Assembly: GCA_021813765.1 (NCBI GenBank)
Contig: JAKAJM010000001.1
Span: forward strand, 3,230-67,229
DNA: 64,000 bases
Direction of reading: 5' to 3'
Source: Nitrospirota bacterium
GTDB lineage: Bacteria; Nitrospirota; Thermodesulfovibrionia; Thermodesulfovibrionales; JdFR-88
Position numbers and translations under genes: made by a program. This document shows, piece by piece, positions 48,324 through 58,474 of this stretch (positions are counted from its first letter, which is position 1; each line of letters opens with the position of its first letter). Under the pieces are notes generated by a model, which saw nothing but the letters and a program-made list of their open reading frames with translations, was not told the DNA's origin and made no database searches.

Positions 48324-49436
48324 ATGTGCCGTCTTGCCGCAATAACGGCCTCGGAATACTTTTCGCCCATGGAAAACATCCATGCCCTGGAGACCATGAA
48401 GGAAGGCCACGATGGCTCCGGAATGGGCCTTATGCTCAAGCGCCTGGGCGGGTTTGCCGAACCGCTCAAGGGTTACCCGGCGCTCTCCGGCATCTGCTCC
48501 GCAGACGGCCTCAAGGAGCTGGACGGCTTCATGAAGGCGAGGGGCTTCAGGGAAGTCCACATGTGGAGCCCCAAAGTGAGGCCCGTGCCCGGCATAGAGA
48601 AAAAAGACAGCTATTTCGCCAAATTCTACGACTACCCGTCCCGCTACAAGGAAAGCCCCATTAAGGAGAAGGAGGCGCTCCTGCTTCAGACGAGGCTGGC
48701 GCTTAGGCAGATGGGGGAGAAGGACGAGTCCATAGTCGTATTTTCCTTTTACCCGGACGTGCTTACGCTCAAGGAGGTGGGCGACCCGCTTGCCCTTGGG
48801 GAGTTCTTCGGGCTTGAGGACGGCCAGCTCAAGGCCAAGATAGTGCTGGCCCAGGGAAGGCAGAACACAAACTACGACATAAACCTGTATGCTTGCCACC
48901 CGTTTTTCATCCAGGGTTTCGGCTCCATGACCAACGGCGAAAACACCGCCTTTGTGCCCATAAGGGAATACCTTATGAGCCGTGGCGTGCCGGGCTATAC
49001 GGGCTACCAGAGCGACAGCGAGGTTTTCACGCACATCCTCCACTACACGGTGCGGGAGCTTGGATTTCCCCTTTCTTATTATAAGGACATAATCACCCCG
49101 CTTAAGCGCGGTGAGATGGAGGCCAGAACGGACAGGGAGGCGCTCATGCTGATGAGGCAGTCCCTGCGGATGCTTGTCATTGACGGGCCCAACTGCATCA
49201 TCGGCTTTACGCCCGATGGGAGCTGTTTCATGGCTCAGGATTCAAAGAAGCTCCGTCCGGGGGCGGTAGGAGGAGTTCCGGGAAAGTACGCGTTCATGTC
49301 GGAGGAATGCGGGCTAGACAAGGCGGTCCCGCAAAGGGACAGGTCCCTTGACGTATTCCCCATGAAATACGACTTTGTTACCGTGCCCAGCGACGCGCCG
49401 GAGGTAAAGGTTTGGAACCAGTTGAAGGGTTTTTAA
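48324..49436 (+). CDS. class-II glutamine amidotransferase subunit of a split glutamate synthase
   Basis: MCR N-terminal nucleophile at ATG 48324, HPF, NGEN, DSEV, DGP, LRP. Confidence 0.85.
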   Translation: MCRLAAITASEYFSPMENIHALETMKEGHDGSGMGLMLKRLGGFAEPLKGYPALSGICSADGLKELDGFMKARGFREVHMWSPKVRPVPGIEKKDSYFAKFYDYPSRYKESPIKEKEALLLQTRLALRQMGEKDESIVVFSFYPDVLTLKEVGDPLALGEFFGLEDGQLKAKIVLAQGRQNTNYDINLYACHPFFIQGFGSMTNGENTAFVPIREYLMSRGVPGYTGYQSDSEVFTHILHYTVRELGFPLSYYKDIITPLKRGEMEARTDREALMLMRQSLRMLVIDGPNCIIGFTPDGSCFMAQDSKKLRPGAVGGVPGKYAFMSEECGLDKAVPQRDRSLDVFPMKYDFVTVPSDAPEVKVWNQLKGF

Positions 49437-49438
49437 GT

Positions 49439-51091
49439 TTGAATCTGAAGGAAAAGAACCATCAGCTCACGCTGAAGGAATTCCCATACACGGTAAACTG
49501 GCGGGACGACCGCTGCACCAGGTGCGGCAAGTGCACCGCGGTCTGCCCGGTAAAGGCCATCGTGCCAAGCGTCCGGGTGGAGCGGGTGGTCAGCTCCGAA
49601 GGTATTTCCCCCACCCCCAAGGTCACCAGGAAGGTGACCCCCATCGTAAGCCAGGTAAACGACATAGAGCGCTACTGCACGGGCTGCGCCATGTGCCAGT
49701 TCGTGTGCCCCAATGCCGCAATAGAGCCGGAGTTCAACCCGGAGCACAAGTTCCTGCAGTTCAAAAACAAGGGCGGAGATGCCTACAAGCGGGGCGGAAG
49801 GAGAAACGACCCCGGCCCCTCCACCCTGGACAAGCTCAAATTCACCCGCATATCCATGCTCACCGACCCGGCCCTGGACGCCGGGCGGCATGAGTTCCAT
49901 CTGAGGACGTTCCTTGGCAGGATACTGCCTCCGGAAGGCCTTCCCCTTAAAGCGGAAGGCGGCAGGCTGGTGGTGGACAAGGCCAGCGATGTCTTCGTCC
50001 CGCCCGTAAGGGAAGTCTACCCGATAATGATAGGAAGCATGTCCGTGGGCGCCCTCTCGCCGCCGATGTGGGAAGGGCTTGCGATGGGCGTGGCGTATCT
50101 TAACGAGGAACTCGGCATGCCGGTGGTCATGGCCTCCGGCGAGGGCGGCATGCCGCCAAGGCTCCTGAAGTCGCGGTTCCTCAAGTACTACATACTCCAG
50201 ATAGCCTCCGGCTATTTCGGATGGGACGAGATAATCCGCTCGCTGCCTCACATGGTGGAGGACCCCGCGGCGATAGAGATAAAGTACGGGCAGGGGGCAA
50301 AACCCGGAGACGGCGGCCTCCTTATGTCCTACAAGGTGCTCAAGCTCATATCGAGCATCAGGGGCGTGCCCATGTTCGTGGACCTGGCCTCGCCCCCGAC
50401 CCACCAGACGAAATACTCCATCGAGGAGGCCGTGGCCAAGATGATACAGTCCATGTCCATGGCCTGGGGGTTCAGGGTGCCCGTCTATCCGAAGATATCC
50501 GGAACGAGGACGGCAAAGGCGGTGCTCAATAACCTGGCCAGGAACCCGTACGCCGCGGCGCTTTCGATAGACGGCGAGGACGGCGGCACCGGCGCGGCCT
50601 ATAACGTCTCTATGGACAAGATGGGCCATCCGATAGCCTCTAACATAAGGGAGTGCTACCTGGACCTGGTAAAGCAGGGCAAGCAGAACGAGCTGCCCCT
50701 GATCGCGGCCGGCGGCATAGGCAAGAAGGGCAACCTGGCGGCAAACGCGGCGGCCCTTATCATGCTTGGGGCGTCGATGGTGTCTGTCGGCAAGTACCTG
50801 ATGCAGGCAACAGCGGGCTGCCTGGGGGACGAGAACAACCGCTGCAACCTCTGCAACACCGGCAGGTGCCCGAGAGGTATCACTACGCAGGACCCAAAAC
50901 TCTACAGGAGGCTTGATTCCTCCAGGGTGGCCGAGCGGCTTGTGGACGTGTTCAAGGCGGCCGACACGGAGCTTAAGAAGATCTTTGCGCCCATGGGCAG
51001 GAGCACGGAGCTTCCCATAGGGATGTCCGACGGCCTGAGCGTGAGCGACAAGGCCATAGCGGAAAGGCTTGGCATCAGCTATGTCTGCTAA
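49439..51091 (+). CDS. glutamate synthase FMN-binding subunit with N-terminal ferredoxin domain
   Basis: CTRCGKC...CP, CTGCAMC...CP, MSVGALS, SGEGG, QIASG, EIKYGQGAKPGDGG, CNTGRCPRGITTQ; start 49412-49439. Confidence 0.9.
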   Translation: MNLKEKNHQLTLKEFPYTVNWRDDRCTRCGKCTAVCPVKAIVPSVRVERVVSSEGISPTPKVTRKVTPIVSQVNDIERYCTGCAMCQFVCPNAAIEPEFNPEHKFLQFKNKGGDAYKRGGRRNDPGPSTLDKLKFTRISMLTDPALDAGRHEFHLRTFLGRILPPEGLPLKAEGGRLVVDKASDVFVPPVREVYPIMIGSMSVGALSPPMWEGLAMGVAYLNEELGMPVVMASGEGGMPPRLLKSRFLKYYILQIASGYFGWDEIIRSLPHMVEDPAAIEIKYGQGAKPGDGGLLMSYKVLKLISSIRGVPMFVDLASPPTHQTKYSIEEAVAKMIQSMSMAWGFRVPVYPKISGTRTAKAVLNNLARNPYAAALSIDGEDGGTGAAYNVSMDKMGHPIASNIRECYLDLVKQGKQNELPLIAAGGIGKKGNLAANAAALIMLGASMVSVGKYLMQATAGCLGDENNRCNLCNTGRCPRGITTQDPKLYRRLDSSRVAERLVDVFKAADTELKKIFAPMGRSTELPIGMSDGLSVSDKAIAERLGISYVC

Positions 51092-51098
51092 AAGAGAG

Positions 51099-53450
51099 AT
51101 GAAGGACCAGGGGAACATGGTTGAGATAAATGGAAATATCGACGGGCGGAGGGTAAGCTCCCGCGTCCTTGAGGAGCGCGTACAGGAAGCGGTAAAGGAA
51201 GGCGCAAGGGAGCTCCATATAATAGCGGACGGCCAGCACGGCATAGGCGGACGCATCTGGCCCAGGGAGGCCGCGGTGCGCATCACCGTCGAGGGGCCGG
51301 TGGGGCAGAGGCTTGGCAGCATGGGCATGGAAGGCACGCACATCGTCGTAAACGGAGGCGTTTCTGACGATGTGGGCTGGGTAAACTGCGGCGCGAGGAT
51401 AACCGTTCTTGGCGATGTCACCAACGGCGCGCACAACGCGGCGGCCCAGGGCGTGCTCTACGTGCAGGGCAGCGCCGGGGCCCGCTCCGACACGCTTACA
51501 AAGCATAACCCCAGGTTCGAGCCGCCGCAGTCCTGGTATTTCAGGAACGTGGGCGACTCCTTCGCGGAGTTCAAGGCGGGGGGCATCTCGGTGGTCTGCG
51601 GCGTGGAGCCCAGGGACCCGGACAACATCCTTGGCTACCGCCCGTGCGTGGGCATGGTCGGGGGCGTCATCTACTTCCGGGGGCCGATAAAGGGTTTCAG
51701 CGCGGCTGACGTAAGGCTTGCCGAACTCACGGATGATGAATGGATCTGGCTCAAGGACAATCTGAAGCCCTTCCTCAAGGCCATCGAGCGCGATGGCCAT
51801 TACGGGGCGCTCACAAAAGACAAGGACGAGTGGAAAAAACTTGTGGCCCGCACCCCGGCGGAAAAGGCGCAGGACAAAAAGAAAAAGGCCGGGGTTGAGG
51901 AGTTCGTCAGGGACATATGGGAAAAGGAAGTGGGCGAGGGCGGCATATTCGCACCCTTCCTTACGCATGAAAAAGGCCTTCTCCCCTATATAACGACCGG
52001 CGCGGACAGGCGGAACAGGCCTGTATGGGAGAACGAGAAATACAGCCCCCCGTGCTCCTATAACTGCCCGACGCACATACCGACCCACAAGAGGACCGCG
52101 CTCATCAGGGCGGGTAAGCTCCAGGAGGCGCTTGAATACGTGCTTCAGTACAGCCCGCTTCCGGCAACGGTCTGCGGCCAGATATGCCCGAACCTCTGCA
52201 TGCAAAGCTGCACAAGGGGGGTGGCGTTCGACTCTCCGCTGAGCATAGACAAGCTGGGCAGCCTCTCACTTGAGGTAAAGGCGCCCAAACCGGCCAAAAA
52301 GACAGGCCACAAGATTGCCGTCGTGGGCGGAGGCCCGGGCGGGCTTTCGGCAGCGTGGCAGCTTGCGCTCAAGGGCCACCAAGTGGACCTCTACGAGGCC
52401 GAAGGGAAGCTGGGCGGAAAGCTTGAGCTCTGCATCCCCAGGGAAAGGCTGCCGCAGAAGGTTCTCAAAAAGGAGCTCTCCAGGTTCGAGGAGATAGGGG
52501 TAAATATCCATCTGAAGGCCAGGGTAGACAGCAAAAAGTTCGAAAAGATCGCGAAGGCCCATGAGGTGGTTGTGGTGGCCTGCGGCGCCCATAAGCCAAG
52601 GGTCATAACCTTCGAGGGCTCTAACAGTGCGGTTTCGGCCTATGAGTTCCTGCGGGGCATAAACCTGGGGGACAAGCCAAGGCTGAAGGGGAAAAACGTT
52701 GCCATAATAGGAGCGGGCAACGTGGGCATGGACGTGGCCGTGCAGGCCATGCGCTGCGGGGCCGCATCCGTAACCGCCGTGGACATCCAGAAGCCCGCGG
52801 CTTTTGGCAAGGAGATGGAGGCCGCCTCCGCGCTTGGCACGCAGTTCCTTTGGCCCAAATTCTCCGAGAGATACGACAAGAAAACAAAGACGCTTCATTT
52901 CAAGGACGGCTCCTCGCTGCCTGCGGACCTGCTTGTCATCGCTGTGGGCGAGACCCCAATAGTGGACTTCCTGCCCGAAACGATAGACCGGGACAGAAAC
53001 GGCTGGGTAAAGGCGGACGCAAACGGGCAGACCACCGAGCCCGGGGTCTATGCGATAGGCGACGCGACAAGGCCCGGCCTGGTTACAAACGCCATAGGGC
53101 AGGGCAGGGAGACGGCGGAGGCCATACATGCGGCTCTCATGCATTACGATTACATGCCGGAGGTAAAGTCCCCCATACCTTACGACAGGATAAAAACGGT
53201 TTACTACGAGGCCAGACAGACAGGCGCACCCGCATACGACGCAAAATGCGATGCCGACCGGTGCCTGTCCTGCGGGAGCTGCCGCGACTGCCACATGTGC
53301 GAGAACGCCTGCTACTGGGGGGCCATATCCAGGGTTGAGAAGCCTGGCGGAGGGTTCGAGTACGTGGTGGACGGCGATAAGTGCATCGGCTGCGGATTCT
53401 GCGCGGGCATCTGCCCGTGCGGCGTCTGGGAGATGAAGGAAAATATTTAG
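51099..53450 (+). CDS. GXGXG (GltB-C) domain fused to a GltD-like FAD/NAD(P)H oxidoreductase and ferredoxin
   Basis: GQHGIGG, GMVGG, CPTHIP, CGQICP, VGGGPGG, IGAGNVG, AIGD, CIGCGFCAGICP. Confidence 0.88.
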   Translation: MKDQGNMVEINGNIDGRRVSSRVLEERVQEAVKEGARELHIIADGQHGIGGRIWPREAAVRITVEGPVGQRLGSMGMEGTHIVVNGGVSDDVGWVNCGARITVLGDVTNGAHNAAAQGVLYVQGSAGARSDTLTKHNPRFEPPQSWYFRNVGDSFAEFKAGGISVVCGVEPRDPDNILGYRPCVGMVGGVIYFRGPIKGFSAADVRLAELTDDEWIWLKDNLKPFLKAIERDGHYGALTKDKDEWKKLVARTPAEKAQDKKKKAGVEEFVRDIWEKEVGEGGIFAPFLTHEKGLLPYITTGADRRNRPVWENEKYSPPCSYNCPTHIPTHKRTALIRAGKLQEALEYVLQYSPLPATVCGQICPNLCMQSCTRGVAFDSPLSIDKLGSLSLEVKAPKPAKKTGHKIAVVGGGPGGLSAAWQLALKGHQVDLYEAEGKLGGKLELCIPRERLPQKVLKKELSRFEEIGVNIHLKARVDSKKFEKIAKAHEVVVVACGAHKPRVITFEGSNSAVSAYEFLRGINLGDKPRLKGKNVAIIGAGNVGMDVAVQAMRCGAASVTAVDIQKPAAFGKEMEAASALGTQFLWPKFSERYDKKTKTLHFKDGSSLPADLLVIAVGETPIVDFLPETIDRDRNGWVKADANGQTTEPGVYAIGDATRPGLVTNAIGQGRETAEAIHAALMHYDYMPEVKSPIPYDRIKTVYYEARQTGAPAYDAKCDADRCLSCGSCRDCHMCENACYWGAISRVEKPGGGFEYVVDGDKCIGCGFCAGICPCGVWEMKENI

Positions 53451-53546
53451 AAAAGGGGGCGGGTTTTTACCCGTCCCCACCTGCCCGCCGCAGTTTCATG
53501 GAAGCGCAGCCGGTATCGCGCCCCGAAAGTCCCCGGCAAAATTATT

Positions 53547-53581
53547 TGTCATTCCCGCAAGCAACAGCGCGCCGGGAATCC
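53547..53581. repeat. single REP-like palindrome
   Basis: TGTCATTCCCGCAAGCAACAGCGCGCCGGGAATCC. Confidence 0.7.
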
Positions 53582-53649
53582 AGCCTTTTAAGGCCGGTTC
53601 CGCCCTTTTTTCCTTCGGAAATTCTTGATAGAAAGGGAGTATTTGATTC

Positions 53650-54195
53650 ATGAGGCAGGCAAAAAAAGAGATCAAGGACATGGCAGTGCTTACCGGTCTG
53701 CTGAATACCTCTCATGTAGGCCGCCTTGGCACCATCGGCGCGGACGGATGCCCCATGATAAAGCCGCTTAATTTTGCATTCACAGGGCAAAGGCTTTATT
53801 TTCATACGGCCATGGCTGGGGAGAAAATGGAAGACATCAAAAGAGATCCCAGAGTCTGCTTTGAAACGGACCTTCCCATCGCACTTGTCAAAAGCCGGAG
53901 CGAGCCCTGCAAGGCCAAATATCTCTTTCGGAGCTTGATCATAAAGGGCAAGGCCCGCATTGTGGAGGACCGGAACGAAAAACTAACCGCTCTGCGGCTG
54001 CTTATGGAGAAATACCAGCCCGAAGGCGGCTACGGAAATTTCCTCGAAGAGAAGCTGCGGATAACGGGGGTCGTATGTATCGAAATCGAGGAAATGACCG
54101 GCAAGGAAGACCTTGGCAACGGGGCGGTGCGGGAGAGGATATTAAAGATTTTGGAGGAGAAGAAAAAATTGCCGGTAGTCATGGAGCCTGAATAA
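53650..54195 (+). CDS. pyridoxamine 5'-phosphate oxidase-like (NimA-like) flavin-binding protein
   Basis: VGRLG, PLNF, LYFH, GEK, PRVCFE, FRSLIIKG, MTGK. Confidence 0.85.
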   Translation: MRQAKKEIKDMAVLTGLLNTSHVGRLGTIGADGCPMIKPLNFAFTGQRLYFHTAMAGEKMEDIKRDPRVCFETDLPIALVKSRSEPCKAKYLFRSLIIKGKARIVEDRNEKLTALRLLMEKYQPEGGYGNFLEEKLRITGVVCIEIEEMTGKEDLGNGAVRERILKILEEKKKLPVVMEPE

Positions 54196-54231
54196 AAAAT
54201 TTCAGACCTTTGATATGGTCGGCTTGAGCTT

Positions 54232-54489
54232 ATGAAACGGATTACAAAAAGAGCATGGTTCAGCAAGAAAAGGATCGGATGGGGCCTGCGGGCTTCAAGC
54301 TGGCAGGGATGGCTGGCAACGCTCATTTTTGTGCTGGCCGTTTTTCTTGATCGCTTTTACTCAAAGAAAGGCACGCTCCGTATTGCCGTTTTTGTTTTCG
54401 CGGTGACTGTATATGTCACGGTGGTCATTCTTACGGGTGGCAGGCTGGGAATCGGAGGCGGCAATTCAGAAAACGATAAAGGAGAATGA
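54232..54489 (+). CDS. small two-TM membrane protein
   Basis: WFSKKRIGWGLRASSWQGW motif followed by two hydrophobic helices. Confidence 0.7.
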   Translation: MKRITKRAWFSKKRIGWGLRASSWQGWLATLIFVLAVFLDRFYSKKGTLRIAVFVFAVTVYVTVVILTGGRLGIGGGNSENDKGE

Positions 54490-54651
54490 AAATACGGCTC
54501 CTTTTTGGATTTTGACCTTTCGGCTGCACCTTTGATCTTGCCTCTCACGTTCTGCCGATAATCGATATTCCCGGCATGCTCTCGATCCGAAGACTTGCAG
54601 CCGTGACGTCTTAAAAATGCAGGAAGACGCTTGCGTTATAAGTAATGGGCG

Positions 54652-54791
54652 CTAGTGTGGTGTTTCATAAACATCATAAGTCTGTCATTCCGGCTTGTCC
54701 GGAATAGTCTCTAAAAGATTGATTCCCGACGCGCTCCGCTTGCGGGAATGACAACAAATTAATGCTAAAAATTTTTGAAACGCCCTACTAG
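54652..54791. mobile_element. MITE-like element, family A
   Basis: CTAGTGTGGTGTTTCATAAA...TTTTGAAACGCCCTACTAG; close copy of 25622-25765. Confidence 0.85.
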
Positions 54792-55080
54792 CTTAATTTT
54801 CTAATATCCTCGAAACGCCCACAGTCGGAGCATTCGATCTCAACTAAACTTCATTTCCTAAACCGCAGTTTTAGAAAAATGAAACTGTCGATGATTTCCG
54901 CTTAAGACATGCCTTTTGCTTCACGTTAGCGGATTCATCCTTTGGGGACTTTGTTATCCTTCAAACCCCACATTTGAGCGTGGACGGCGGATACTAAACT
55001 TCGCCTATAACACTGTACTTTTTAAATCTGGTATAATTCCGAAGGTTACGAATGGAAGTCTCTATTTTTGAGGATGCATA

Positions 55081-55456
55081 TTGAACGAAAAAAGCGATTG
55101 AAAAAGCCACTGCTGAAGCTTTCATCAAATTATACAATTCCACTAAGGGAACATCCTTTTCAATAATTGCGCATTCTGATGCCCCAGATATTCGCTGTCA
55201 AGATTCCGAGGGCAACATGTTTGATTTTGAGATTACTTTAACCGAAGATCGTCCGAATGACATTAAAGCTGCTCTTGGCAGGTCTGATCATAGAAGCCCT
55301 GAGATATTTCACAAAGAACATCCAAGGGCGAGCAGTTTACAAGGCAATGTAGTTTGTATGATTACAAGCAGAATCAGCGCAAAATTAAAAAAGGATTACG
55401 GACCCAATACCGCTCTTGTTATTAGGGATTCCTCACCGGGGGACCACCTATATTGA
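55081..55456 (+). pseudogene. frameshifted, truncated PD-(D/E)XK-like protein
   Basis: TTG 55081 with GAGG SD is out of frame, across an A6 run, with the open frame KAIEKATAEAF...SDAPDIRC...FEITLTE. Confidence 0.5.
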
Positions 55457-55609
55457 CGAGGCGCTTTCGTATGCTGCTTGGCGTTCGGAAGAAGTTGAGG
55501 CTCCCTTTTAGGCAGTATGAAACTCTTGATTGACATGAACCTTTCGCCCGAATGGGTAGGTCCTCGGCGTCAAATGTTGTCGCGTTCTTTGCTTTGGTGG
55601 TATCCATGA
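55449..55609 (+). pseudogene. remnant of a DUF433/DUF5615 (PIN) toxin-antitoxin gene junction
   Basis: YIDEALSYAAWRSEEVEAPF* (55449-55511) then MKLLIDMNLSPEWV from ATG 55517. Confidence 0.7.
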
Positions 55610-55692
55610 TAATGTTTAGGCGTCATCATTGGAAGCAGCGACAGCGCCAGCAGGAGTTCGAGCACGAAACCGAACGTATACAGGAGGCGACT

Positions 55693-55746
55693 ATGACCGA
55701 ACTCAACAAAATAAAAGATATTCTAAACAGGCATCAGCACGAATAA
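55693..55746 (+). pseudogene. truncated duplicate of the MNT antitoxin 5' end
   Basis: AGGAGG SD plus MTELNKIKDILNRHQHE*, compared with MNQLNKIKDILNKHRDE at 55910. Confidence 0.7.
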
Positions 55747-55909
55747 TCCGTAAGCGTTTAGATAAGTACAGGGTGGGCGCTGCTTCGAACTCATCCCTGT
55801 CAAGGTATAGCAGGAGTAAGTTTCCAGAGGGAATTCCGGGGACGCGATACTGCATTCTTATGGGGGTCATACTTAGTATAAAATATAGGGGTCTTATTAG
55901 GAGGCAACC

Positions 55910-56203
55910 ATGAACCAACTCAATAAAATAAAGGATATTCTAAACAAGCATAGGGATGAACTTCGGGAAAAGTACAAGATTTCTGAAATCGGAATATTCG
56001 GCTCCTATATAAGGGGCGAGCAGAAAAAAGAAAGCGATATAGACATTCTGGTGGAATTCAGCGAGCCTATCAGCCTGCTTGACCTTATCGCTGCAGAAAA
56101 TTACATCGCCGATCTTGTAGGAAGAAAAGTCGATCTCGTGCCAAGGGAAGATATCAGGCCTGAGCTTAAACAGGTAATCCTTGAAGAGGTGGTCTACATT
56201 TGA
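55910..56203 (+). CDS. minimal nucleotidyltransferase (MntA-type) antitoxin
   Basis: FGSYIRGEQKKESDID (GS-X10-DXD), KVDLV. Confidence 0.92.
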   Translation: MNQLNKIKDILNKHRDELREKYKISEIGIFGSYIRGEQKKESDIDILVEFSEPISLLDLIAAENYIADLVGRKVDLVPREDIRPELKQVILEEVVYI

Positions 56204-56562
56204 AACGCGACATTTCGCTATATGTGAAGGATATTCTGGATGCCATGGAAAAGGCCGAAGGTTTTATCGGCACAATGAGCCAGGAGGATTTTCTTCTTGA
56301 CGCGAAAACAACTTTTGCCGTGGTGAGGTGTCTTGAAATAATAGGCGAGGCCACAAAAAATATCCCCGATTCCGTCAGAGAAAAATACAAGGATATTCCT
56401 TGGCGCGACATGGCCGGCATGAGAGATAAAGTAAGCCATTTTTATTTTGGCACAGATTTCAATAAAGTCTGGCTTGCAGTAAAAAAGAATTTTCCTGTTT
56501 TGAAGCCTCGAATAAAGCAGATACTTGCAGATCTTAGCGGAACTGCTCCCCATGGTCGATAA
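56200..56562 (+). CDS. HEPN (DUF86/HepT-type) RNase toxin
   Basis: AVVRCLEIIGEA, IPW, RDKVSHFY (RX4HXY); 4-nt overlap with the MNT gene. Confidence 0.92.
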   Translation: MKRDISLYVKDILDAMEKAEGFIGTMSQEDFLLDAKTTFAVVRCLEIIGEATKNIPDSVREKYKDIPWRDMAGMRDKVSHFYFGTDFNKVWLAVKKNFPVLKPRIKQILADLSGTAPHGR

Positions 56563-57277
56563 TCTTTCGGCTGCTATATTCTTTCGGAAACACGCGGCAG
56601 CTTCGGCTTCCGAAACTATCATATAACGCCCTGTAACCCACACCGAAAGCAAGCACTGTCAGGTGTTACTTCCTGGACGAAGCCTTTCCATGCAATTCAT
56701 GGAAAATGGGCTCTCGAAGCGTATCAAATACTATTTATACCCCCTGGAAATGAATTTATTGCCAAAAGGAGCGGAGTATTGCGAGGATTAAATGGCCCTC
56801 AGAAATTTAAACCACCGGGGACCTCGGGAAAAAGGGGACCCGAACATCCGGCATCCAAGGGCAGGCTGTATTTCCGTCATAAACTGTTTATATGGACAGT
56901 ATCATGGCCAGGCGGATTATGATGAGACCGGCGGGGCTTTTTGAAAACCGGGGACGGAAAGGAGTTTTCAGGGGAGATCGCGGGCAAACCGGGCAATTTG
57001 TCCGTCTTGGATTGGGGGGGGCATTGAACAGCTTGAACAGCCTGGCTTAAAAAATCATTATAAAACCGGAGGTTAATATTTTTGTTCTGAACAAAAAAAG
57101 CAAAAAAGCATATGGGGCTTTGTCCCCATGCCCCTGAAACCTCATGGACAGCCCGGAATCCTGCCGCGTCAGAAGCGGTGGCTGAGGGCCGCTTCAAAGG
57201 CCGCAAAACTTGAAAAGGCCCTTCATTTTGCCTTAAAATAAATGATTAGATGATAAAAGGAGGGATTTGAAACTGCC

Positions 57278-57487
57278 ATGAAGGAAGGAATACATCCGAA
57301 TTATAAAGAAGTCCAGGTCGTCTGCGCATGCGGAAACACTTTCACCACGCGCTCCACGGCCTCCGAGATTCGCGTGGACATCTGCTCCAGCTGCCACCCG
57401 TTTTTCACCGGCAAGCAGAAGATAGTGGACTCCGAGGGCCGTGTGGAGAAGTTCAAGAGGAAATACGCCGCAAAAAAAGAAAACTAG
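57278..57487 (+). CDS. rpmE: 50S ribosomal protein L31 (zinc-binding type)
   Basis: [29 protein letters not shown]. Confidence 0.98.
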   Translation: MKEGIHPNYKEVQVVCACGNTFTTRSTASEIRVDICSSCHPFFTGKQKIVDSEGRVEKFKRKYAAKKEN

Positions 57488-57589
57488 CTTAAAGAACGTT
57501 CATAAGGGGCGGCCCGGCGGTCTTCGAATACAAGAAAAGATGCCTCCGGCGCCCCTTTTTGTTTTTTTTCTTTTGACGGAAGGCGGAAA

Positions 57590-58474
57590 ATGAAAATGAA
57601 TGAGCAGCACTCGATAGGCGGACAGGCGGTAATAGAGGGGGTAATGTTCAAGTCCCGCAAGGGCTGGGCGGTGGCCGTAAGGCAGCCAGGCGGGGGCATT
57701 AAGCTGAAAAGCGAGCCCCTTAAGACCCACGCGGGAGAGAAGGTTCCCTTCATAAGGGGGGTCTTTATCCTTTTTTATACTTTGCTTCTTGGCATGAAGG
57801 CCCTGGAGTTTTCGGCACGCGTGGCCTCGGAGGAAGAGGAAAAGCCGCTTTCTCCGGTCCAGATGGGCCTTACGCTCATAATTTCCCTGCTTGCCGCGGC
57901 GGGCCTTTTCCTTTTTCTTCCGCTTTATGTGGCCAAGCTGGCCGGCTCGCTCATCCCGGCCGTTTCCGCAAGCGGGATACTTTTCAACCTGGTGGACGGG
58001 CTGGTCCGCGTTGCGCTTTTTCTGGTTTACATATGGGCCATAGGGCTCTGGAAGGAGATAGGCAGGATATTTGAGTACCACGGGGCGGAGCACAAGGTGA
58101 TACACGCCTATGAGGCCGGGTACATGGAAATGGACAAGATAAAAAAGGAAAGCCCGCTTCATCCGCGCTGCGGCACTAGTTTTCTGCTAATCGTGCTGGT
58201 GCTTTCGATACTGGTTTTCTCTCTTGTGCCAAGGGACTGGCCTTTTTATGCCAAGTTCCTCTCCAGGTTCGCCCTTATGCCCCTTGTGGCCGGGCTCTCC
58301 TACGAGCTGCTCAAGGCGGGGGCCAGGTATGAATCAAACCCGGTTGTGCGCCTGCTTGTGCTGCCAGGGCTTGCGCTGCAGAGGCTGACTACGGGCGAAC
58401 CGGATGAATTGCAGCTAGAGGTGTCGCTAAAGGCGTTTGAAGGGGTCATGGCTTTTGAGGAAGGTGTGAAATGA
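57590..58474 (+). CDS. DUF1385 membrane protein
   Basis: [31 protein letters not shown]; usual position between rpmE and prfA. Confidence 0.92.
   Translation: MKMNEQHSIGGQAVIEGVMFKSRKGWAVAVRQPGGGIKLKSEPLKTHAGEKVPFIRGVFILFYTLLLGMKALEFSARVASEEEEKPLSPVQMGLTLIISLLAAAGLFLFLPLYVAKLAGSLIPAVSASGILFNLVDGLVRVALFLVYIWAIGLWKEIGRIFEYHGAEHKVIHAYEAGYMEMDKIKKESPLHPRCGTSFLLIVLVLSILVFSLVPRDWPFYAKFLSRFALMPLVAGLSYELLKAGARYESNPVVRLLVLPGLALQRLTTGEPDELQLEVSLKAFEGVMAFEEGVK

Noticed and set aside
49433-51436. 667-aa minus-strand ORF and similar long antisense ORFs (46768-48033, 60524-61762, 52266-53480, 14866-15930)
   Set aside because: They are shadow frames opposite well-supported genes in GC-rich DNA and carry no recognisable motifs.
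12658-54791. Palindromic repeats as a CRISPR array or tRNA genes
   Set aside because: Copies are dispersed with no regular repeat-spacer period, there are no cas genes, and no cloverleaf or T-loop signature is present.
54915-55015. attC-like site (GTTAGCG ... TATAAC)
   Set aside because: I could not build the paired R and L boxes by eye and there is no integrase; kept only as a test under the fragment-patch finding.
56563-57270. Possible genes in the 700-nt gap before rpmE (for example ORF 56877-57206)
   Set aside because: No motif, convincing SD or coding-like composition; left unannotated.
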